A DNA stretch of 64,000 nt, from contig NC_090327.1 of the NCBI RefSeq assembly GCF_035084215.1, positions 37,200,001 to 37,264,000 on the forward strand. Reading direction: 5' to 3'. The notes under the pieces are model-generated. The model ran no database searches. It saw only the letters and a list, made by a program, of their open reading frames with translations, and had not been told where the DNA came from. Below, piece after piece: positions 1 through 11,406 of this stretch. How positions within the stretch are numbered: the first letter of the stretch is position 1; each line of letters opens with the position of its first letter. This stretch comes from Heptranchias perlo (taxonomy: Eukaryota). A program made the position numbers and the translations under genes.

Positions 1-39
1 TTTAGAGCAGAGAGAGCAGGAGAAACCTCTTCACATAAG

Positions 40-632
40 GGCCTAGAAATTCGTCCGTGCAGCGCCCGAGAAACGGGTGCTAAATGGCCTCCTAAACCTC
101 CAATATGCCGGGTAGGAAACACAAGCACATTTCAGGCCGGAAGTGCACCGCCAGCCATATTGGATAAGGTGATTGTACTGGTGTCAGGAACGCATGTTGG
201 GAACGTTCAACGCTGGAAATAATTTACTTAAGTTAGGGTCCTGCACAGTGCTCCCCCTATTAAAAGAATACGAGCCACTTCCTCCCCCTCCCCTGGCTCC
301 CAACTCTCCTGACCTGGACACAGATTGCCCACCCCTCTGCCAACACTCGCTCCCCCCAGCTAGTGAACCACCCCTCCCCACTCCCAGCCACTGATCACCC
401 CATCCTGATCACCTCCCCCGGTCGCTCCCCCCCCACACTTCTCACTCACCTGAGGGCCACTGCCAGTGTCGCGGCGGCCCTCAACGATTCACCAGGCGAG
501 CTGCCTCTCGCTCTCCGCAGATCGCCCACTTCATGGAAATAATGCCTGAGGCCCTCTATCAAGGGCACCTCAGGCCCCACCATTCAGGATTGTACCCCAT
601 GCCCAAAAATGGCATGCCTGAATTTCCAGACC
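40..632. mobile_element. Non-autonomous PIF/Harbinger-like element inserted in a CR1 3' fragment
   Basis: Imperfect terminal inverted repeats ggcctagaaatt / aatttccagacc; CR1-like 3' sequence on both flanks. Boundaries approximate. Confidence 0.5.
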
Positions 633-1227
633 AAAGAGTTGTGAGGTTGTGGAATTTTTCCAGGGTTACTGGTTGAGGCAGAAACTATGATTAGAAAAAT
701 GGATGAAGCGAATGGGGAACAAGGTGGATAAATTGCTGGCATGGAGGGTAAACGCCGACACAGACTCGTTGGGCCTGTTTCCATGTTGTAACTCCCATGT
801 ATTTCTATGTTAGTATTTTCAGGTTTGAAGTAAGATTTGCAATGTGCTTCGGTCATTCAAAGGGCCTTAGGCCTCAGTGCCCCCTGCTGCAAGATGCTGG
901 CACCTGATGCTTAGAAGCAAAGATCAAAGTTTTGGCACCAGTACTTCACAGTTGAAGGTGGCACAAGATGCACGCCAGCAAGATCAGTAGGCACGAAAGT
1001 ATACTTGATGCCTGCCAATACTGAGGACAGCTACCTCAGGGTTAGTAGGGAGCAGTTGCAGAGCTTCTGTAGCACGGAGACCTCCATCTACAGCAATGGA
1101 GGGACAACACTGCCATTGGTTGCCACTGCCATCCAGTGATATGCCTGTTGCTCATTGCCAGCTAGCACTGCAGTAACAGCTAAGGTGCTGCACAGTCATA
1201 CCAGAATGTAGCCTGCACTTTGTTTTC

Positions 1228-1530
1228 TATTTGTTCTTGGGATGTGGGCAGCACTGCTAAGCTAATATTTATTGCCCATCTCTAGTTAAGAGTCAACCAC
1301 ATAGTGTGGAACTGGAGCCGCATGTAGGCCAGACCAGGTAGGGGTGACAGGTCCCCTTCCCTGAAGGGCATTAGTGAACCAGTTGGGTTTTTACAACAAT
1401 CCAACTGTTTCATGGTCATTTTTTGATACCAGCCCACAAATTAACCAAATTTATTGAATTTGATTTCATAACTTACCATGTGTGGGATTATGAATTCACT
1501 AACCTTTGGGTTACTAGTCCAGTGCTATAT
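1228..1530 (-). mobile_element. tRNA-derived SINE carrying the 3' tail of LINE family 2
   Basis: Same body (cattagtgaaccagttgggttttt..., agagtcaacc) as copies at 13340-13745(+) and 41445-41770(-). Tail gggatgtggg...atttattgcccatc matches the family-2 LINE 3' end. Confidence 0.65.
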
Positions 1531-2269
1531 CCAATAGGCTACTTTCATCCACTTTTATCATCTTTTCCAATGAATAGGATGATCCAGCTGACCAATGAAC
1601 TGCATTGCTACATTTTAAGGGGTCAGTGCAGGCTGCCATGTGGCCAAGCTGAAAAGCATCCTAGGTGGCAGTAAGTGACCGTGTTTGTGTTACAATAGTT
1701 TGATGTGTGAAGCCCCTGGAAGATGGGACAGTGCCAAGGGTTTCAATTGTAATTGGATGTGAGGTTGTGGAATTTTTCCAGGGTTACTGGTTGAGGCAGA
1801 AACTATGATTAGAAAAGTGGGGTTTTCTAACTGAACCCCAGTTAGAAAACCCCACTTTCTACTGAAATGTGGGCATGCATGACATCCAATGTTATGTGAG
1901 GTTATGTGAGAGCTTGGCATGGGCGCCAGCAGTAAATATGGGACCAGTTGATGGGCAACATTTTGCAGCATGCGATCTAAGGAATGTCTACTTGGGATCT
2001 TGCCAGGATTCTTAAAGTGTTCTCCCTCCTGCAGGTACAGTACAATGTGTTGAGTCTGGCTGCCACCTCCCGCTGGGTATGGTGCGTGGCGATCTTGCAG
2101 GCAGGGTACCCTGACGTGTCAAACAAAGTAAAAGAGCCTCTGACCCATCCCATGCAGCAGCATGTCCCCTCCGCTAACTATCGAGCAGAGGGTCGCGGGG
2201 TGAGGAATATGGTGCTCTATCACGGACTCTGTCTGATGCCTCATCATTGGGTTTACCATCCCTTGATTT

Positions 2270-2605
2270 TTTTTTCCACTTGTGGGTGAGTCCAGAACAA
2301 GGGGACATAAATATAAGATAGCCACCAACAGATCAAATACAGAATTTAAGTGGAATTTCCTTACACCAGAGTGGTGAGAATGTGGAACTTGCTGCCGCAT
2401 GGAGTGGTTGAAACAGAGAGGATTGACACATTAAAGGGGAGGCTTGATTTATACATGTGGAAGAAGAGAATGGTGGGATACAGGGGCAGGGTGGGAGGAG
2501 GTAATTAGAGTGGGAGCAGGCTTGTGTGGAGTTTAAACACCGGCACAGACCAGTTGGGCCGAATGGCCTGATTCTGTGCTGTAGATTCTACGTAATTCTA
2601 TGTAA
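2270..2605 (+). mobile_element. CR1 LINE 3' fragment
   Basis: Degenerate RVV..WN.LP-type coding remnant, then the gggccgaatggcctg...ttctatgtaattct CR1 tail. Confidence 0.7.
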
Positions 2606-3767
2606 TTCTGTCCTACTCTGATAAACCTTGGTCGTGTCCAATGCTGCCGTCCTCGGCTCTGAACCTGGATTTATCAATAATAAAAATAATCTAAATTATA
2701 AACTGGGCTTCATCACTGGGACGATGGCTAACAACAAATTTGCAAGCTTTGGAGACCATGCAACTGAAAAAAATAAACTGTCAAAAAATAGATATAGATG
2801 TGTATATTGAATCTCCCCCAATGTCGCAGTGAGTCACACAGTCAGGAGGGTCCTAGCTCCCATCCCCAGCCATTGCTGACTGAGCCTCACTCGTCCCGGG
2901 GTGGGAGGGGAGGGGTGTGGCTCTGAGTGGGGGGTGATTAGGAATGCTACAATAGCCCTTATCTCACTGGGGCTAGGGAGTGGGGAAATAAAACCAGCTG
3001 GGTGAAAGCTCCTGATCACTAGCCAGTATTTACCATGGGAAAGTGTGTGTGAGACGATGCCAGGCGAGTGCAGGATCAGACTCGGTTATGATGCCCTCCA
3101 AGGTCGAATAACCTGCCAAACAGGCATCCTGACACACCTCGCCAGATAAAGGCCTCAAGATCGCCCCTGGGCTGCTCTCAGCAAAGTAAGTTGCAGGGGG
3201 TGATGTGGGGGTGGGGGGGCAGTTGCGATCGTAGAGGGTGGGAATCCCATGGCGGCAGCGACCCAAATTGTTTTTGTGAGCTCTCCTCTGGGGCCCACAA
3301 AAATAATCCGACACTTACATTTGGTGGGCCTCTTCAGTTCCATGGCCCGTGGAACTGGTCAGTGTGTGCACGGCATAAAATGGCAATCGGGGTCTTATTT
3401 ACCTCATGGGACCCAGAGTTCCATATTAGAAGGGGCCTGTTGCCTAAAACAGGCAGGAGCTTTGGACACACGGCAGTAGCCCCTTTCAAAATGGAGCCGG
3501 CTGCATCGCCCGTGTTAATGGGGCGGTAAGGCTACTGAGTCCATTTTAAGGTCGTTACTGCCCCGTTAACGCCAGATGAAGGCGTTGAAGATTGACCCCA
3601 TTGCTTTTTTGTTGCTTCCCTTGCCTCTGGCTGGGTGCAGGAGGAAGCCTTACCCAGCACTCTCCACCCCCTCCCCCCCCCAATCCTGAGGCAATAAAAA
3701 CAAGCCATACGCAGGCCCACTGTGAATCCACTTTCGCAATTCCAACAGTTCAATGACGTCTTTATAC

Positions 3768-3947
3768 CTTGATCGCGATGCAGTGGGCTCCCATGAGCTT
3801 AAAGAGGTTCAGCCGGCTGGACCCCGCGTTGTACTTGTAAATGGCGGCGTACAGAGCGTCCTTGGACGTCGGTGTCCGTTGAACCGGGCCGCCGTGCCCC
3901 ACCGCAACTGCTCCGATGCACACAAGGGCGGTCAACCAGGATCTCAT
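3768..3947 (-). CDS. Exon 1 of a secreted cystatin-superfamily protein (cathelicidin/cathelin- or SPP24-like); later exons not found in the window
   Basis: ATG at 3947: MRSWLTALVCIGAVAVGHGGPVQRTPTSKDALYAAIYKYNAGSSRLNLFKLMGAHCIAIK. This is a hydrophobic signal peptide plus a 'S.kdAl..Ai..yN..S...NLfkl' helix/strand, like the cathelin N-terminus. Ends in a phase-0 donor AAG|GTATAA at 3767; 180 nt. Confidence 0.65.
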
Positions 3948-4030
3948 TCCGTCAGAGGTTCTCCTGTGCAAAACTCCAGTCAAAACTGCTGCGACACACC
4001 AACAGAAGCCTGTCTGTCCCTAAGTTAGCT

Positions 4031-4275
4031 ATTGGTCGCTGAGGTTAATTATTATCACTGGCCTTGAATATCTCTTTGATGCGAGGATGAAATGCTTTGT
4101 TTTTTATGGATAGATGCTGTGTTTCAGTCATGCGTGGCTGTCAACCAAAACAAACACTTGTCAGCAACTGCCCTAACAAACACTCAGCTTTCAGTTTTGT
4201 GAAGTTAATTTGTGTTTAGAAATTTTGAGTTTAAAAAAAGCAAATAGAAGGCATCTAATAGTTAATATTAATTGG
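4031..4275 (-). promoter_or_regulatory. Candidate hepatocyte-type proximal promoter of the cystatin-fold gene
   Basis: CCAAT (attgg, 4031-4035); HNF1-like GTTAATTATTATC (4044-4056, 1 mismatch to GTTAATNATTAAC); FOXA-like TGTTTG motifs on the minus strand (4148-4156, 4174-4182); second HNF1-like gttaatattaat at 4261. Confidence 0.45.
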
Positions 4276-4547
4276 CCAACCAATGATTGGGTGGCGCTAT
4301 GGGTTACCACACTGCCCTTTCACCTCTATAGGCCTGGGTTTTAATCCAGCCCAGACTGATGGATAAAAGTTTCCTCTCTCCTCTGTCTGTTGACTGTCTG
4401 AAGTGAGTTTCGATCAAGTGCTACCTCAGGTATTGGCAAGATTCTTTGTTGTGTACCACAGCCTAACTACGCATTACCTGAGGGAGCCCTCCTCTCCCCT
4501 GATTGCAGGCCTTGTCAGGAAGTCAGTATAGCGTAGAATTGTCTCTC

Positions 4548-4840
4548 AACTCTGTGTACTGCGTTCAGTTCTGGGCACTGCATCTCAGGAAGAACATATA
4601 GGTCTTGAATGGGGTGCAGCGCAGATTCAAGAGAATTATAACGGGGTTAAAGGGTTAAATTATGAGGGCATGTTGCATAAACTTGGCTTGTATTTGTTGA
4701 GCTTAGAAGGTTGAGGGGTGATTGAGGTGTTTAAAATGATAAGAGGATTCAATAGGATCGTTGCAGATCAGCCATGATCTAATTAAATGGCAGAACAGGC
4801 TCGAGGGGCGGAATGGCCTACTCCTGTTCCTATGTTCCCT
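4548..4840 (+). mobile_element. CR1 LINE 3' fragment, internally deleted
   Basis: YCVQFWALHLR-type remnant joined to the cagatcagccatgatctaattaaatggc...cctgttcctatgttc tail. Confidence 0.75.
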
Positions 4841-5750
4841 TGTGGAGTACAGGTGGGCAATAGTTCTTTGGATAATACCTACCAGCCCTGAAAATCTGTA
4901 TGAGAATGGGGGTGAAGGAAAATTGGGTGGAGTCTAATATAGGGGGCTAACCCACTGTCGACCCCATGGCTTCCATCACTGATGCCACCAAAGCTCAGTG
5001 TGATTTAAAAGCCGTTAGCGGCCTATGAGTACATCTACCCCCAACCCACCCCACCCCACGAAAAGTCCAGCCAAAGAATCCTAGAGGGGGTGGAAGGGTG
5101 CCAGGTGCCCCCAAAAGAAACATATAGGTGCCCCCTTCCCCCAAAGGGGGCTGCTTTTGTTCAAAGAAAATTGATGGCCAAATATTCAGGGGTGGTGTCC
5201 CCGATCTTGGCCTGGACCCCCAGATGCCAGTGAGCTAGGAGGTGTGCTTAGTCTATCCAGATGTGCCACACCAACCTTACACCGGGTTCCTCTGAAGGTC
5301 CAGGGCATGGGAACTCCCATTAGAGGTGGTCCCCACCCTGTGATGCCCCCCCACCCTACCTTACGACAGTGGTCTTGTAAGGGGTGGGCAGAGGCTCTGT
5401 GCCCAGAACGTTTGCCACTGGGTTGGGGACCCAGTCTAACCGGTTCTAGCCTAATTTCCAGCCCATTCCAGTGTACTCTTGCTGAAGTTATGGCTGGATT
5501 TTCAGGGCCAGCAGGTTACACCGACATGATTGGAATGAAGAACCAATAAACTGCAAGGAGCAGCTATTACCTTCCCAGCTACAAGCAAAGCAGGCCACCT
5601 TCAACCCACTTGCTATCATTTAACACACATCAGTAATTGTGTCCCAACAGATTCCCAGGTACCTTCGACGCTGTTAGTCTATTTCCTCAGGTGCAACCTG
5701 TAGGCCATCTCCCTCAGACACGCCTCCCAAGAGTCCTGGGCCTGCTTGTG

Positions 5751-6311
5751 CAGTTCCTCCTCCTTGCTGGGGGAAACAGTTCCTCCTCCTTGCTGGGGGA
5801 AACAGTTCCTCCACCTTGCTGGGGGAAACAGTTCCTCCTCCTTGCTGGGGGAAACAGTTCCTCCTCCTTGCTGGGGGAAGTAGTTCCTCCTCCTTGCTGG
5901 GGGAAACAGTTCCTCCTCCTTGCTGGGGGAAGTAGTTCCTCCTCCTTGCTGGGGGAAACAGTTCCTCCTCCTTGCTGGGGGAAACAGTTCCTCCTCCTTG
6001 CTGGGGGAAGTAGTTCCTCCTCCTTGCTGGGGGAAGCAGTTCCTCCTCCTTGCTGGGGGAAACAGTTCCTCCTCCTTGCTGGGGGGAACAGTTCCTCTTC
6101 CATCCTGGGGAAACAGTTCCTCCACTTTGCTGGGGGAAACAGTTCCTCCTCCTTGCTGGGGGAAACAGTTCCTCCTCCTTGCTGGGTGAAACAGTTCCTC
6201 CTCCTTGCTGGGGGAAGCAGTTCCTCCTCCTTGCTGGGGGAAGCAGTTCCTCCTCCTTGCTGGGGGAAACAGTTCCTCCTCCTTGCTGGGGGAAACAGTT
6301 CCTCCTCCTTG
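5751..6311. repeat. 26-bp minisatellite, about 21 copies (cagttcctcctccttgctgggggaaa)
   Basis: Directly visible tandem array; explains the repetitive ORFs at 5637-6380. Confidence 0.95.
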
Positions 6312-6379
6312 CAGAGTGTGGTTGGAAGTATTGAGTGGGATGCCTCAGAACTGGGACCCTATTTTTTCAATTTTACATA

Positions 6380-6897
6380 AATAACCCAGATTCTGAAACT
6401 TGATGCAATGTGGTCACATTTGCAGATGATACCAAACCAGAAGGCGCAGTTGGATCGCAGCTCAGAAAGTACAGAATGAGTTGGACAAGATATACAAGTC
6501 GGTAGAACAATGACAGATGAAATTTAATGCAGACAACTGTAAGGTATTGCACATAGGAAGGAACAATAGACAACACAACCCATGAATGGTATTGAAATGG
6601 CTACGGATGAAGCAGAAAGAGACCTAGGAGTCTTAGTAGACTTGATGCTAAACAGGTCCAACCAATGCAGAGCAGCAATCAACAAAGCCAATAAAAAGTG
6701 AACAGTAGAATATCAATCAAGGAGGTGATGATCAACCTGTACAGAGCTCTGGTCAGACCGTACCTTGAATACTGAGTCCAATTCTGGTCGTCATGAAACA
6801 AGCGAGACATTCGAGCACTAGAGGCAGTGCAGAGAGGATCCTAAGGCTGATCCCCAGTGTCAGGGTCTGAGTTATGAGGAAAAACTGGAGAGATTTG
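6380..6897 (+). mobile_element. Degraded CR1 LINE RT fragment
   Basis: FADDTK and LVRPYLEY motifs readable across frameshifts; cut off by a Harbinger-type element at about 6897. Confidence 0.7.
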
Positions 6898-8666
6898 GGG
6901 AGGTAAATTGGGCCGCGCAGCACCCATTTTGTAGACGTTACGCGGACTTCTAAGGACCCAAAACGGCGTCCGGAATGCGTGCACACATTTCTAGTGTGAC
7001 ATGTGCTGGACGCCATATTGGTAAAGGCATTTGCGCACGCACAGATAACGAACATTGGCACCATGTAAAGTAGGGAGAATATGCAGTAGATCAGTGTACA
7101 ACGCTGATTTAAAGGGACAGATGTGATTTTGGAACTCCACGCTCCAGCCAACACACTGTCTTAACCTTGCACAGCAGAACAGGCCTTAAACAACATGGAA
7201 GACCCCCCACCAGTGCTATTTAAAGGGATCATTCAGGAGTTACAGGTAAGTTGCTGGATTATTGCTTCTGGTTGCTGATGCATTTGTACTTGTTTTTGGA
7301 GGTCACCTATACTTGAATACTAGGACTAGGGGATATAGACTAAAAATTAGAGCCAGGACTTGCAGGAGTGAAGTTAGGAAACGCTTCTACAGGGAAAGGG
7401 TGGTAGAAGTTTGGAACACTCTTCCGCAAACGGCAGTTGATGCTAGCTCAATTGTTAATTTTAAATCTGAGATTGATAAATTTTTGTTAACCAAAGGTAT
7501 TAAGGGATATAGGACTAAGGTGGGTACATGGAGTTAGGTCACAGATCAGCCATGATCTCATTTAATGGCAGAATAGGCTCGAGGGGATAAATGGCCTGTT
7601 CCTATCTTCCTATGTTCCTATAATAAAGTTTCAACACTCTACAGGGAGTGGGCTGGCTATCTGACAGGCAACAGCTAGGGCACTGGTGGAGTGGCAGGGG
7701 TGGGACAGGAATGCTATCATCCTGAGAGGTGAGTGTCCTGCAAGATGTTTGGGTGATGTGCCTGTCATGGTTGAATAGCTGCCAGTGTGTGTGACCTGCG
7801 AATTGTGGGTGTGAGGCTTGCAACAGTGGTAATGTGTGAGGGTGAGCGGAAGCATCTGATTGGAAGAGTTGAATACTAATTGAAAAAGTTTGCTGGTAGG
7901 TGGGTGATGGGGGGTGTAGTGAGTGGAACAGTGGAGGCGGCTAGTGGTGTAGTTGGTAGGAGATACCACTTGACAGTTGACCTCACTCACTTTGACCACT
8001 CGTGTCAAAGCATTGAACTTCTTCCTGCACTGCATCCATGTTCGTGGTGCTATCTGCCTGGCATTGACTTCATCTCCTACTGCCTCTCACTGCCTCGGGA
8101 TCATATGTCTGGATGTCTGGAGGGCCTCTCGCCACCCCCCTACCCCTGCAGATATAGGATGCCCCTCCTTCTGTCCACCTCTTGCACCAAGGCCTCAGAG
8201 AACATTGGTGCAGGCGCTCTCGTAGGCCTGGTACAAACTCAGATCAGCAGATTCGTGGGCTCTGGCGTGCAGATTGGAGGATGTGGGATTTAGTATTGTG
8301 CAACCTTTATTCAATGTTTTAAAACAACTCAACTGTTTATAAACAAAGGGACGGGACCAGCATCTGTGTTTTACATGTGCGATGTCTGATGATCCTCATT
8401 CAGATTCTGGGCGGACCCGTATCTTATATTTTGCAAATAAAAGGTGCAGGCTGCCTTTAAGTGGTGCTAGCCACTCGTGATATCGGGACCACTCCCCCTG
8501 CTGGTGAGCAGCCACTCAACAGCTCATCTAGGCATGGTTGCTCGCAGCAATCAAGTAAATCACCAGGCAGCACAAATGTAATGTGCTGCCTACATCTCAA
8601 TTACCGGGCGCGGGTTACTGCCACCTTCATCATTATATCAGCCACCAAAGAACGAAAATTGTGTCA
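6897..8666 (-). mobile_element. Harbinger-derived element with Myb/SANT ORF remnant, interrupted by a CR1 3' fragment (about 7310-7620)
   Basis: ORF 7631-8035(-) starts MQCRKKFNALTRVVK followed by a GT donor, matching the Myb/SANT exon end of the copies at 29365 and 46086. Confidence 0.6.
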
Positions 8667-8673
8667 TTAAGCT

Positions 8674-8679
8674 TTTATT
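8674..8679 (-). terminator. Candidate poly(A) signal (AATAAA) of actin A
   Basis: tttatt on the + strand, about 57 nt downstream of the TAA stop at 8736. Confidence 0.5.
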
Positions 8680-8735
8680 TAAATATTTCCACCCCATCAT
8701 CAACTCAGTTATAGCCCCAGCCTAACCATATCACA

Positions 8736-9740
8736 TTAGAAGCACTTGCAATGAACTATGGAAGGCCCCGACTCATCATACTCCTGCTTGGTGATCCACA
8801 TTTGCTGGAAGGTGGAGAGAGAACCCAAGATGGAGCCACCAATCCACACCGAATACTTCCTCTCGGTTGGAGCAATGATCCTAATCTTCATTGTGCTTGG
8901 AGCCAGGGCCATGATTTCCTTCTGCATCCGATCAGCGATACCTGGGAACATGGTGCTTCCACCAGCCAGGACAATATTTGCATAGAGATCGTTCCTGATG
9001 CAGCTTTCACACGCTTTGATGCAGTCATTGGCAGTCTCGTGGACACCTACTGATGGCATTCCCAAGAAGGATGGATGGAAGAGAGCTTCTGGACATCGGA
9101 AACGCTCATTGCCGATGGTGATGACGTGACCATCAGGAAGTTCATAGCTTTTGTCCAGGGAGGAAGAAGAAGCAGCAATGACCATCTCCCGGTCATAATC
9201 AAGAGCCACATAGCAAAGCTCCTCTTTGATTTTTTGTGCAACTAATCTCTCGGCAGGCGTGATGAAGTGGCACCCACGGTCAATCAAACTCTCCATGAAG
9301 TAGTCATTGAGCTCCCTGCCAGCAAAGTTTAGACGTCTAATGGAATCAGGTACCATATAGCCCTCATTGACTGATAGGGCATAGGTCACACCATCACCAC
9401 AGTCCAACACGAGGCCTGTGGTGCGGCCAGATGCATATATGGAAAGTAAACCAGGGACGGCAACATAGAATGCTGGCAGACTAAAATTCTCAAACATCAT
9501 CTGAGTCATCTTCTCCCGGTTTGCTTTGGGGTTCAGAGGTGCCTCCGTGAGGAGAACAGGATGTTCCGCTGGGGCGACTTGCAACTCATTGTAGAAGGTG
9601 TGGTGCCAGATCTTCTCCATGTCGTCCCAGTTGGTCACAATCCCATGTTTGATTGGGTACTTGGAGGCCCAAATGTCTGGTCTGGCCCTGGCTTCATCCC
9701 CAACACAATGGTCTTTTGGACCTGTTCCGACCATGGCATC
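8736..9740 (-). CDS. Actin A coding exon 2 (334 aa + stop); highly divergent actin paralog, 376 aa in total
   Basis: Acceptor ttttctactctag|GAT GCC ATG. Exactly 1005 nt and colinear with actin B exon 2. Retains [36 protein letters not shown] and [13 protein letters not shown]; ends HCKCF*. Confidence 0.93.
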   Translation of the reverse strand, partial: DAMVGTGPKDHCVGDEARARPDIWASKYPIKHGIVTNWDDMEKIWHHTFYNELQVAPAEHPVLLTEAPLNPKANREKMTQMMFENFSLPAFYVAVPGLLSIYASGRTTGLVLDCGDGVTYALSVNEGYMVPDSIRRLNFAGRELNDYFMESLIDRGCHFITPAERLVAQKIKEELCYVALDYDREMVIAASSSSLDKSYELPDGHVITIGNERFRCPEALFHPSFLGMPSVGVHETANDCIKACESCIRNDLYANIVLAGGSTMFPGIADRMQKEIMALAPSTMKIRIIAPTERKYSVWIGGSILGSLSTFQQMWITKQEYDESGPSIVHCKCF

Positions 9741-9765
9741 CTAGAGTAGAAAAAAAAACAGTATT

Positions 9766-9945
9766 GTTTATCCTCCCCTTTCCCAATCGTTTATCCGCCC
9801 CTTTCCCTATCGTTTATCCTCCCCTTTCCCAATCGTTAATCTGCCCCTTTCCCAATCGTTTATCCTCCCCTTTCCCTATCGTTTATCCACCCCTTTCCCA
9901 ATCGTTTATCCTTCCCTATCCCTATCGTTTATCCTCCCCTTTCCC
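9766..9945. repeat. 23-bp minisatellite, about 8 copies (tcgtttatcctcccctttcccaa), near the 3' end of the actin A intron
   Basis: Visible tandem array; related, decayed pyrimidine-rich units recur at about 13905-13960 and 14485-14640. Confidence 0.85.
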
Positions 9946-11406
9946 TAGGCATTGAATCAGAACACGACGAAGGCACACCCAGCCCAGTTGACCCTGCGAA
10001 GTCTTCTCCACTAACATCTGTGGACTGGTGCCAAAGTTGGGAGAGCTGTCCAACAGACTAGTCAATCAACAGCCTGACATAGTCCTACTCAAAGCATCAT
10101 ACCTATCAGGCCAATATTCCAGCCTCCTCCATCACCATCTCTGGGTATATCCTGTTGAACCGGCAGGACAGACCCACCAGAGGTGAGGCCACAGTGGTTT
10201 AAAGTTGGTAGGGGAGTGGCCCTGGTAGTCCGCAACATTGATTCCAAACCCCCTCAAGTCTCATGGCTTTAGGTCAAACACGGGCAAGGAATCCTCTTGC
10301 TGATAACCATCTACTGCTCTCCACCAGCTGACAATCCAGTACTCCTGCATGTTGAGCACCACTTGGAGAAAACACTAAGGGTACAAGGGCACTGAACATG
10401 TTTAGGGTGGGGGATTTCAATGTCCATCATCACCGCTGACCAAGCTGGCTGAGTCCAGAAGGATGTAGCTGCTAGACTGGGCAGATGGAGAGAGAACCAA
10501 CACGAGGGAATAACTTCACCAATCTACCTGTAAAGATGCGCCTGTCCATGACAGTATTGGTAGGAGTGACCACAGCACAGTCCTTGTGGAGATCAAATCC
10601 TATCTTCACACTGAGGGCATTCTCCATCGTGTCATGTGGCAGTGTGCTAAGTGGGATTGATTAAGAACAGATCTAGCAGCTCAAAACTGGGCATTTATGA
10701 GACGTCGTGGGCCAACTGCAGCAGTAGAATTGTAAATCACCACAATCCATAACCTCATGGCCCGGATTATCCCTCATTCCTCCATCACCATCAAGCCAGA
10801 TGACCAACCCTGGTTCAATTAGGAATGTAGAAGAGCATGCTGGAAGCAGCACCAGACGTACTTGAAAATGAGGTGCCAAACTGGTGATGCTACGACACAG
10901 GACTACACGCATGCTTAACCGTGGAAGTAGCAAGCTGTAGACAGAGGTAAGCAATCCCACAACCAGTGGAACAAATCAAACCTCGGCAACCCTGCCACAT
11001 CTAGTCGCGAACTAACAGGAGGAGAAGGCTACATGACCATCCCCCTCCTCAACGCTGGCGGAATCCAGCAAGTGAGTGCAAAAGACAAGGCTCAAGTGTT
11101 TGCAACCATCTTCAGCCAGAAGTGCCAAATGGATGATCCTTCACGGCCTCCTCCCGAGATCCCCATCATCATAGCTGCCAGTCTTCAGCCAATTCGATTC
11201 ACTCCACATAACAACAAGAAACGGCTGAGTGCACTGGACACAGCAAAGGCTACGGATCCCAACAATATCCCGGCTGTAGATCTGAAGACCTGTGCTCCAG
11301 TACTAGCCCCGCCTCTAGCCAAGCTGTTCCAGTACAGCTGCAACACTGGCATCTACCCGACAATGTGAAAAATTGCCCAGGTATGTCCTGTCCTCAAAAA
11401 GCAGGA

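Noticed and set aside
2680-2765. Possible exon 2 of the cystatin-fold gene (acceptor-like ttttttcag, two Cys)
   Set aside because: The phase-0 frame stops after 11 codons and there is no ET.C motif or good donor.
5637-6380. Repetitive ORFs and a CRISPR-like periodic appearance
   Set aside because: Head-to-tail 26-bp units without unique spacers; eukaryotic DNA, no cas genes.
8736-9740. Actin A as a processed pseudogene
   Set aside because: It has a matching upstream exon, intact GT-AG sites, no poly(A)/TSD, and no stop or indel despite about 27% protein divergence.
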